From the NCBI RefSeq assembly GCF_963921235.1, contig NC_086108.1, forward strand, positions 26,910,001-26,974,000: 64,000 nucleotides of DNA, written 5' to 3'. Source of the stretch: Mobula hypostoma. Taxonomy: Eukaryota. Shown one piece after another: positions 51,861 through 61,185 of the stretch; position 1 is the stretch's first letter, and the number at the start of each line of letters is the position of its first letter. The notes beneath the pieces are model-generated. The model was not told the DNA's origin. It searched no databases and saw only the letters and a program-made list of their open reading frames with translations. The position numbers and the translations under genes are program-made.

Positions 51861-53381
51861 GGGATGCTTTGGCTCTTGGTAGAGTCATTCATGCCGAACA
51901 GGTTAAAGGATAGAGGTCAGGCTAAGAACGATCCACCAGTCCTCCAGGTTTGGGTTTTCAGCTCAGGCCTAACAGCCCTGAATAATAAAACAAAATTGAT
52001 ACTGAAACAGAAATGAAGAATCCTTTTAGGTCTGAGTGCAATGGTATTCCTGAGTCTCCACCTGCGACTTACATGACTGACAGTAGTGAAATCTAAGAAG
52101 CCACTGACACGATGAAGGAAGCCCTGAATACCACCAGAGATGAAGGACCTTCACTGCTGCCAGCAGATACAGGCAATTTTCTCTCTTATGAATTACTATG
52201 TAGGTTTATTTGTGCTTTCTATTTTAAGATAATAAATTAGGTTTCAGTAATGTTGTTGTGCTTGTACCACCTATTACCATATCTCCTGGACACTCAAATA
52301 GTTTGTGTCAGATCAGCTCAGCCCATTACAAAGCTACACCGATTCAAATGCTATTAGAATTATAAAATGTAATTTACATTTTACAAGTCCATCCTATCCT
52401 GGTTAAGTTAGGGCATATTGTGACTCAAAGGCTCAAGTTTAAATCACACCTTCGCAGATATGGAAGTTACATTCTCCTAATAATCTAGATTTTTAAAAAA
52501 GTCTGGTCATTGGTAATAATCTAATGAATTGCTGTAAAAAATTACAGTATTGGAAAATGGAATGTAACCCAACAGGTGCAAGGTGATGCGTTTTGGGAAA
52601 TCAAGTGGGGCTTAGGACAAATACAGTTAATGTTAGGGTGCTAAGGAATGTTGATGAACTCAAGGACATTGGGGTTCAAGTCCATAATTGCCTGGAAGTG
52701 GCAATGCAGGTCAATATGATAATGAAGAAAACATACATCTTGCTTGCCTCCATAGAGCAGAGAATATAAAAAAGGTGGGATATTTTGTTATTACTTTGCT
52801 AAACACTGCTTACTGCTCTTGAAGTATTGTGTATAGTTCTGTTTGCCAAACAAAATGAAGGATGTGCTTGCACTGGAGAGAGTACAGAGGAGATTTACCA
52901 GGATGCTGACTGGAATGAAGGACTTCAATCAAGGATAGACTGGAGTCATTATCCTTGGGGAAAAAAAGGTGCTGAGGAATGACTTAGTAGAGGTATATGA
53001 AATTATAAGAGACATAAATAAGATAGAAAGGTGCTTCTATCAATATGATCCCAATGGAAATTACAGTGTCACAGTAGCATTACAAGTTCACAGATATACA
53101 ATATTTGCTGAGAAGTAAGAATAAATAAAAAGAAATAAGTTACCTTAAAAAGTCTAACAGGAAGGGGTCATCACTTCCCCAGCTCCCTCATGGCTGAGCC
53201 TTATGTCTGAGGGTAAGGAGAATAATCAGAATCTTTCTCTGACAGCATGAGTGTTAAAAATAAAATGGCATAGACTTAGGGTGAGAGGAAATAGTTTTAA
53301 AGGGGATCCAAGGAGTAAGTAACACACATCAAAGTAGCTGGTGAATGTAGCAGGCCAGGCAGCATCTCTAGGAAGAGGTAC

Positions 53382-53417
53382 AGTCGACGTTTCAGGTCGA
53401 GACCCTTCGTCAGGACT
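53382..53417 (-). ncRNA. Minimal type-I hammerhead ribozyme with intact core
   Basis: AGTC-CUGACGA-A-GGGUC-UC-GACCU-GAAA-CG-UC^GACU: stem I AGUC/GACU, stem II, palindromic ACGU stem III, GUC cleavage triplet. Confidence 0.85.
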
Positions 53418-53709
53418 AGCTGAAGGAAGAGTTAGTAAGAGATTTGAAAGTGGGAAGGGGAGGGGGAGATACAAAATTATAGGAGAAGACAGAAGGGGGA
53501 GGGATAGAGCCAAGAGCTGGACAGGTGATAGGCAAAAGGGGATACGAGAGGATCATGGGACAGGAGGTCCGGGAAGAAAGACAAGGTGGGGGGGACCCAG
53601 AGGATGGGCAAGAGGTATATTCAGAGGGACAGAGGGGGAAAAAGGAGAGTGAGAGAGAATGTGTGTATAAAAATAAATAACGGATGGGGTACGAGGGGGA
53701 GGTGGGGCA

Positions 53710-54126
53710 TTAGCGGAAGTAAGAGAAGTCAATGATCATGCCCTCAGGTTGGAGGCTACCCAGACAGAATATAAGGTGTTGTTCCTCCAACCTGAGTGTG
53801 GCTTCATCTTTACAGCAGAGGAGGCCGTGGATAGACATGTCAGAATGGGAATGGGATGTGGAATTAAAATGTGTGGCCACTGGGAGATCCTGCTTTCTCT
53901 GGCGGACGGAGCATAGATGTTCAGCAAAGCGGTCTTCCAATCTGCGTCGGGTCTCACCAATATATAAAAGGCCACATCGGGAGCACCGGATGCAGTATAT
54001 CACCCCAGTCGACTCACAGGTGAAGTGTTGCCTCACCTGGAAGGACTGTTTGGGGCCCTGAATGGTGGTAAGGGAGGAAGTGTAAGGGCATGTGTAGCAC
54101 TTGTTCCGCTTAGTGGATCCTGACAC
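53710..54126 (-). CDS. PLE GIY-YIG endonuclease domain, open frame, 5'-truncated
   Basis: KCYTC...HFTC...VIYCIRCSRCGLLYIGETRRRL.DRF.EH. Confidence 0.75.
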   Translation of the reverse strand: MSGSTKRNKCYTCPYTSSLTTIQGPKQSFQVRQHFTCESTGVIYCIRCSRCGLLYIGETRRRLEDRFAEHLCSVRQRKQDLPVATHFNSTSHSHSDMSIHGLLCCKDEATLRLEEQHLIFCLGSLQPEGMIIDFSYFR

Positions 54127-54538
54127 TTATCCTTGTAAGCGGAACAAGTGCTACACACGCCCTTACACTTCCTCCCTTACCACCATTCAGGGCCCCAGAC
54201 AGTCCTTCCAGGTGAGGCAACACTTCACCTGTGAGTCGACTGCGGTGATACACTGCGTCCGGTGCTCCCAATGTGGCCTTCTATATATTGGCGAGACCCA
54301 ACGCAGACTGGGAGACCGCTTTGCTGAACACCTACGCTCTGTCCACCAGAGAAAGCAGGATCTCCCAGTGGCCACACATTTTAATTCCACATTCCATTCC
54401 CATTCTGACATGTCTATCCATGGCCTCCTCTGCTGTAAAGATGAAGCCACACTCAGGTTGGAGGAACAACACCTCATATTCCGTCTGGGTAGCCTCCAAC
54501 CTGATGGCATGAACATTGACTTCTCTAACTTCCGCTAA
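54101..54538 (+). CDS. PLE GIY-YIG endonuclease domain, open frame, 5'-truncated
   Basis: YPCKRNKC...VIHCVRCSQCGLLYIGETQRRLGDRFAEH...LGSLQPDGMN. Confidence 0.75.
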   Translation: MFRLVDPDTYPCKRNKCYTRPYTSSLTTIQGPRQSFQVRQHFTCESTAVIHCVRCSQCGLLYIGETQRRLGDRFAEHLRSVHQRKQDLPVATHFNSTFHSHSDMSIHGLLCCKDEATLRLEEQHLIFRLGSLQPDGMNIDFSNFR

Positions 54539-54833
54539 TGCCCCCCCTCCCCCTCGTACTCCATCCGTTATTTATTTTTATACACACATTCTTTCTCTCA
54601 CTCTCCTTTTTCTCCCTCTGTCCCTCTGACGATACCCCTTGCCCAGCCTCTGGTTCCCCCCCCACCTTGTCTTTCTCCCCAGACCTCCTGTCCCATGATC
54701 CTCTCAAATCCCCTTTGTCAATCACCTGTCCAGCTCTTGGCTCCATCCCTCCCCCTCCTGTCTTCTCCTATCATTTTGGATATCCCCCCTCCCCCTCCCA
54801 CTTTCAAATCTCTTACTAACTCTTCCTTCAGTT

Positions 54834-54869
54834 AGTCCTGACGAAGGGTCTCGGCCTGAAACGTTGACT
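54834..54869 (+). ncRNA. Minimal type-I hammerhead ribozyme (GUU triplet)
   Basis: AGTC-CTGACGA-AGGGTCTCGGCCT-GAAA-CG-TT-GACT. Confidence 0.8.
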
Positions 54870-56316
54870 GTACCTCTTCCTAGAGATGCTGCCTGGCCTG
54901 CTGTGTTCACCAGCAACTTTGATGTGTGTTGCTTGAATTTCCAACATCTGCAGAATTCCTGTTGTTTGCCAAGGAGTAAGTATTTATTTTCCACAGAGAA
55001 ACGTGGATATCTGAAAAGTGTTGCCAGAGATGGTTATGCAACTAGATATAATCACTATGATTGAGAGACATTTAGGCTAGTACTTGAATAGGTGAAGCAT
55101 AAAAAAGGTATGGCCCCATGATAGGATAGTAGAGTTAGCACAGATTAGTAAAGAGATTGGCCTGGCCACAATGGGATCATTTCTGTGCTGTAGAACTTGG
55201 CGACTGTGATTCTATTGTGCTCAAATTGGCAGTTGTGGAAGTTACAATCAGTTGAGTTATAAACGTCTCTCCCCTGAGAATGTTGGAGCACTTTCTCTCT
55301 CCACTGCAGACTCCCTCTCACTTTGGCAGCCATAACATGCACTGTCACTGTACAGCTCCATGGGACAGGTATATTGAGTGCAGAAATATTTCTTACATGG
55401 TTGCATAGGCAAAGAAAGGTGGAATGGGATTGAAGCAGTGGCAGCTGGATTGAATTGATCACTGTGCTGATGCGTCCCTCACATATTGAATTTTGTATCT
55501 TCTCTTTGGGTTGAAGACATGCTAACACTACTATGTATTTGTTCTGATCTTATTCTACAATTCTTTTTCTGAGTCTTTACTTGATCCTGAGAGCACAAAA
55601 AACCTGAGTTTAAACTCCCTCCCGCCTGAAAAAGAACAATTCTGTTTCTCTGCACATATTATGTGATCAAATGCTTGGCCTTTGCAGCTTTCATATGAGC
55701 TTCAAACTGAACCCTTTTGAATCTTCTGTGCCAGATAGAACAGCTTTTATGTGAAGATATCAAGGAGTGTTTACTGATTAATGATGTGTTACTGCAGAAT
55801 TTTCTGGACTGAATTTCTCTGATACATGAGGGATTTCAGTTCACTATCTACACCTGAAAAGCAGCTAAGCTGTCTCAAGCATTAGCCAATTCCATCTCAA
55901 CCTTCTGTGTCATTTCTGCAAGAAAAGGACTGTTCATTACTTGTGACCTTTGGCTTCAGGTACTTTTTGCTGGAAGGTATCTGGTGATGCTTCTCCCTGG
56001 AATAACACCTTTGCTCAACAAACATGAAATCCAATACAGTTGCCTGTGACAAAACAGCAGGTGGCTGCTTGATGTTTTGTGGACATACAAATCCCCTCAG
56101 CCCCATTTATTTTCTTCTTACTTTTTTTCTGCTCTTCAGAATTCTGCTTAACACATGACCATTAATACCCCTTGATTTGTTTTGTCATTAGCCTAAAGTA
56201 CAATACTGTAACCAGTTAAGTGATAGAATGTCTTCAGGGTATTAGAGTAAAAGCTCTTGAGGAAACCCACAGGGTCACAGAGCTAACAAGTAAACTCTGT
56301 ACAAACAGCAATAAAG

Positions 56317-56770
56317 GTCAAAGTTCAAAGTACATTTATTATCGAAGTATGTATACATTATACAACCTTGAGATTTGTCTTTTTACAGGCAGCAACAAAA
56401 TCAAGGAACCCAAGAGAACCCATAAAAAAAACGACAAATAACCAATGTTCAGAGAAAAATAAACAAGTTGTGCAACCATAAAAGTAAGCAATTAGTATTT
56501 AGAACAAAAGTGAGTCCTCAGACATAAAGTTCAGAGCAGCCGAAGCAGGCCCCAACCACAGCCTCAGCCTCAGTTCAGCACATAGTGGAGTAAATGTTGC
56601 AGAGCCCACAGACACGAAGCACTGAGCAGCCACAGCAGCCACAACCTCAGCCTCAGTGCAGTACAAAGTGAAGTAAATATCGTGAAGCAGCAAGCAGAAC
56701 CAACCCGACCCTCACCTCTGGTCCTGAGACTCTTGCCTTTATAATCTATCTGTCCCACATTAAAGGTGTG
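56317..56770 (-). mobile_element. Non-autonomous retroposon with Rex1-type (CTTTGAA)n tail and a non-coding body with an internal ~45-bp duplication
   Basis: CAAAGTTCAAAGTACATTTATT tail; CACARCCTCAGCCTCAGT...GTAAAT occurs twice (~56557, ~56640). Confidence 0.55.
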
Positions 56771-56915
56771 TACATACATCTATTGATGCTTCTGGACACA
56801 TCTTCAGTGATGTTCCTGGAATCATCGGGTGTTTCGGGTCTTTCAACATCATACAACCTCCTCCAGGTGACCCAGCCGGGGCTGATCAGACCCCAGCTTG
56901 TGTCCAGATGGCTAG

Positions 56916-57422
56916 CTACTTATGACTCCATGGCTCCCCTCTTTTGAGCCGCAGCCATCTTGAGGCCCTCTCTGCCGCATCGGTGGTACTGCGGATGGCT
57001 CTCCTCTTCCTCTCTCCCTCAATGCTCAAAATGCTGAAGGCTCTAACTAAAGAACGGGCTATGAATCCCCTACAATCAACCTCCACTGGGAGACACCTCG
57101 CTCTCCATCCAGCCTGCTGACAGTTGCTGACCAGTCCTGCGTACTTGGAGAGCTTCCTTTCAAAGGCCTCTTCCAAGCGATCTTCCCATGGGACTGTCAG
57201 CCCCAGCAGCACCACTTGCTTAGTAGATTCAGACACTAGGACAATGTCTGGCCACAGGGTGGTGGCTGCGATATGGTTGGGGAACTTCAGCTGCCCTTCG
57301 AGGTCCACCAACAGCTTGCAGAGGTCAGAAAGCCTGCAGATGTTCTTTTGGCAGGTATTGGCTGCTCCCCAGCTCTGACAAAGGCAATGGTCTGCTTGGA
57401 GGGTCGGGACCACTTCGCCCAC
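56916..57422 (-). pseudogene. HERO-type RLE endonuclease domain
   Basis: PD..(E)LTVPWE...K..KY motif; the catalytic E appears as G in this copy. Confidence 0.85.
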
Positions 57423-58116
57423 TCAAATCCTGCGCTGACGGCTTCAGCGATGGTCTTCAGGACCTGATCATGCCTCCATCGGTACCGTCCTTCACCAAGT
57501 GCCCTTGCACAGCCGCTGAGGATGTGCTCCAGGGTTTCTCACTTGGAGCACAGTGGGCTCGCAGATGACTCTGCCTTGCGCCATGTGTGCAGGTTTGATG
57601 GGCTTAGAAGCACATCGTACACTGCCTGGATGAGAAATTGGATGCGGTGTGGTCAGCTTTCCAAAGATCAGCCCAGGTCACTTTCCTCTCAGCTGCATTC
57701 TCCCATCTTGTCCAAGCTCCCTGTTGCTTCATTCCCACCGCCTTGCAGGCTCCCATCTCCTCCATTACTGCTCTCACCTCCTCCTGAACTAGACGACGCC
57801 TTTCCTTCCCTCTGGTGTCCATTTGGGGGGTTGGAAAGGATCCTAGCCCAGCTCGGCCTCGTGTGACCACTTCCACCAGCCTCCTGTGATGCAGCCTTGC
57901 CTCTGCCTCCTGAACAGCTTCCTCTGCCCTCCACTTCCTGCCAGTACTTACTTGGATCCCTGCTGTAGCCACCTTCGGGTCACTTGAGTCCCTATATCGT
58001 AGCACTTCTCTGGCTCTTGTTACCTTGAATTCTTCCTCCAAGGATCTGAAGGGCAGTTGCAGTTTGTTGTGGTGTCCATAGAGTGCGATGCTGCTCAGGC
58101 TCTTTGGCAGCCCCAG

Positions 58117-59373
58117 CTATCTCCTGAGGTGGTTGCTAACCCTCCTCTCTAAGGTTTCGACTGTCGAGATTGGAACTGCATAGATGAGGAGGGGCCACAG
58201 GATTCTGGGAAGAATGCCATGCTGATACACCCAGGCTTTAAACTTCCCAGGTAGGCCAGACTTGTCCACAGATTTCAGCCAGCCATCCAACTCGGTGCAG
58301 GTTGCCTGAATGGATGTTGTGTCCCTTAAAGAGCTGTCAAAAACTTTGCCTAAGCTCTTGACTGGCTTTTCTATGATGGTTGGGATGGCTGTGTCTGAGA
58401 TGCTGAACCGGAACTTGTTCTCCACCTTCCCTTTCCTCAGCACCATCGATCTTGATTTGGCAGGTTTGAAACGCATCCAGGTCCACTCCACCAGCTTTCC
58501 GAGCACTTGCAGAATCCTCCGGCAGCCTGGGACTGATTCTGTGGTGACTGTGAGGTCATCCATGAATACCCTGATAGGTGGTTGCCATTGAACGGAATTC
58601 ATTCTGGGCCCTCTGCACTCTGGTTCAGCAGACTTAGTGAGCATGTTCATGGCTAGGGAGAACAGTGTCACTGAGATCGTGCACCCTGTGATGATGCCGA
58701 CCTCCACCTTGTGCCAGGTTGATGTAATTGCTCCTGAAGAGACCCTCATCCTGAAGTTGCTGTAATAATCAGCGATAAGGTCTCTGATTCTGCTGGGGAC
58801 GTGATATTTGGTCAGTGTGAGCTGCACCAGCTTGTGCGGAATGGAGCCATATGCATTCGCCAGGTCGAGCCACAACAGTGACAGGTTGCCCTTGTTCTCT
58901 CTGGCCTCCCTGATGAGCTGTGTCACCACACCGATGTGCTCCAGACAGCCCGGCATCCCTGAAATGCCACCCTTCTGGACTAATGTATCAATATAGGTGT
59001 TCTTTGCTAGGTAGGTGCACAGCCGGTTAGAAACTGCACTGAAGAAGATCTTCGCCTCGACACACAGCAGGGAGATGATGCGAAACTGATCTATCTGGGT
59101 GGCAGTTTCCTCCTTCGGGATCCACACCCCTTCAGCCACTCTCCACTGTTCTGGGATCTTCCCCCTTCTCCAGAAGATTCTCAGGATCTTCCACAGACTC
59201 AGCAGGAGTTTGGGGCAGTTCTTGTACACTTTGTACGAGGTGTTGCTTGGTCCTGGAGCCGAGCTTGCCCTTGCTTTGCGGACGACCTCTCTGACTTCCT
59301 TTAGTTGCAGCTCTGACACGTCGAACTGCACATCCGGTTCAGGTGGGTCTATTAGGATGTCGCACTCTCCCAA
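58117..59373 (-). pseudogene. HERO-type reverse transcriptase domain
   Basis: 418-aa open frame with RT motifs. Confidence 0.88.
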
Positions 59374-60574
59374 CTCCTACTGTCTTTCAGGATCATTATA
59401 TATCTTCTTCAGATGTTGATCTATGTCTTCCTGTGAACAGGCCAGTTTCCCACTGCGCTTCTCCCCCAGCAACTCCTTGGTGAACTTGAAGGGGTTGGCG
59501 ATAAAGGCAGCACGTTTTCGAGCCCTTTCACGACGACGCCTCCGATGCCACTCTGCCCGGCAGAGGACCCTGATCTTCTTTCGTAGTATGCACATCAGCT
59601 GGGCCAAGCCAATGCGCTCCTCTTCTCCTGCCTCCTTGTATTGGGACTCCAGCGCTTTCATCTCCTGCCTGATGTTGTGGATCCTCAATGCTCTTTGGTT
59701 CTTCGAGTAAGATGTTTTAGAGCTTTCCTTCTCCTCCCCTCCAAACCGTTCAGCTGCGATACTAACAATAATTGTTGTCATGGTTTGCAGCTTCCTATCA
59801 ACCCCTCCCTTCGCCGTTGCCTCCAGAATCTGGTTAACATCTTCATCAAACTGCTTCCACAGTGAAGTCATGTTAGCTGCAGGTTATTTGATCCGCCTCC
59901 TGTTAGACTTCATGTTCAAGGGATTAGTTTGCAACACTTGGAGGTTCCGGGCACTATGGGGTGACTCCGGGCCTGGCCCCTCCTTCGTCTCACCAGGTTG
60001 GACACCTGCGTGTTGTGCTGCTCCTGCTCCCGCCAAACACTTCATCCTCGCTTGGGGAGTCAGGAGAAAATCAAGTCAGGAATATGAGAACATGCAGCAC
60101 TTTTGACCAAAATATCAAAATTCCCCCAAAGAGGAGAAAATAATTTAATGGAAATATTATCTGCACCTGCCATTTTGTTTCATTGCACTTAAGTTCATCC
60201 AATATTAGCCAGAATTAACTAAAGTAAAAATTTTGGTTACAGTAATTAATCAAATTGTTTGCAAAATGGGCATTGATCAAAATTGAGAAATGAATTAGAT
60301 AACACATGTCTGTCAGTTTCTCATCTCCTGTTCTGATTTGCTCCCAGAAGCTCGCAACGCCCAATACCAGTCATTACCCCTGGCAAGGGAGACCTGCCAG
60401 TTGTAAGTCCAGTACAGCTTTGAGGAAACTGAATTACTAAAGTAACAGGGAGTTTCAGTAATGAACTGGTGAGGGCAGGATTACAGTCCATTGTGGTACT
60501 GCAATGTAACTGTATGCATAGGGGTGCAGCAGTGCAGGACTGAAAGGATGTCATCATGAGGGTACATCTGAGTG

Positions 60575-60838
60575 ATTGGATCAAGGATCGAGAATGAAGG
60601 GTCAGCTATCATCATATACATTAGGCTGCCGTGGGTTTATTGCGTTCACTTTCCAGAAGTGGCTGCGAGACCTTGTCTTCACTAGAAGAGAGATCAAGTC
60701 AACCAGCAGAGCTGTAGCTGAGGCAACAGAGAAAGGATCAGCATGGGTGTGGACCAAGTATGTCCAGAGGGGCAGATAGTCTGACAGTGTATACATATTT
60801 TGCAAACCCTTCAGTAGTTGCATAGACACCTGAGGAGC
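60575..60838 (+). mobile_element. 3' fragment of a second, divergent HERO-like RLE element
   Basis: GCRGFIAFTFQKWLRDL....REIKST.RAVAEATEKGSAWVW. Confidence 0.7.
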
Positions 60839-61185
60839 TGTTGCAAGAACGTGGCTGGGGACGAACCCAAGTGCAGGACACAGATGCTGAGGCAGAGTCG
60901 TTAGGCGTAGCACCTCCGTGAACAGGGAGCCAATATCCAGGAGACGATGCGAAGCTTAGAACTAACAGTTCTCAGGAATAAGAAACAACGTTTACTCTCA
61001 CAAGAGTCGACCAACGAACTGGCGGCTTCTTGCTCTGGTCACAGTGTTTTTATCTTGCCGTTTGATGGGAAGCAGGTGCGTGTAGTTAGTAGTACTTGGG
61101 AATGATTGGAATCTAAATGAGGTGATCGAGGCCCAAATCTTGAGGCAAATGGCAAGGTGGGGGATTGCCAGATGGGACCATGACA
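60839..61185 (-). mobile_element. 3' LTR (347 bp) of the Sushi-like Ty3/Gypsy element
   Basis: Minus strand TGTCA...CAACA, immediately preceded by the polypurine tract TTGAGGGGGGGGGGTGGTAC (~61186-61205). Confidence 0.88.

Larger units (their letters stand above)
53322..54968. mobile_element. Head-to-head inverted Penelope-like element (1.65 kb palindrome)
   Basis: Minus arm 53322-54112 and plus arm ~54118-54968 are reverse complements; 14-bp TSD CCAAGGAGTAAGTA at 53308-53321 and 54969-54982. Confidence 0.95.
52520..55195 (+). mobile_element. Degraded CR1 3' fragment hosting a small insertion (~53035-53230) and the PLE palindrome
   Basis: LERVQRRFTRML; resumes at 54969 with TTTTCCACAGAGA; ends GGATCATTTCTGTGCTGTAG. 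Confidence 0.75.
56782..60058 (-). mobile_element. Near-full-length HERO-type non-LTR retrotransposon (RT + CCHC + restriction-like endonuclease)
   Basis: QARMKCL N-terminal remnant; RT WLDLANAYGSIPH, GIITGCTIS, FMDDL; RLE PDIVL...LTVPWEDRLEEAFERK..KY...PVEVDCRGF; only a few stops and frameshifts. Confidence 0.9.

Noticed and set aside
56782..56850. Type-II hammerhead in the HERO 3'UTR (minus strand GAAA...hairpin...CTGAAGA)
   Set aside because: No UH triplet or stem III after GAAA (reads GAAACACCC) and weak stem II; probably an ordinary 3' stem-loop
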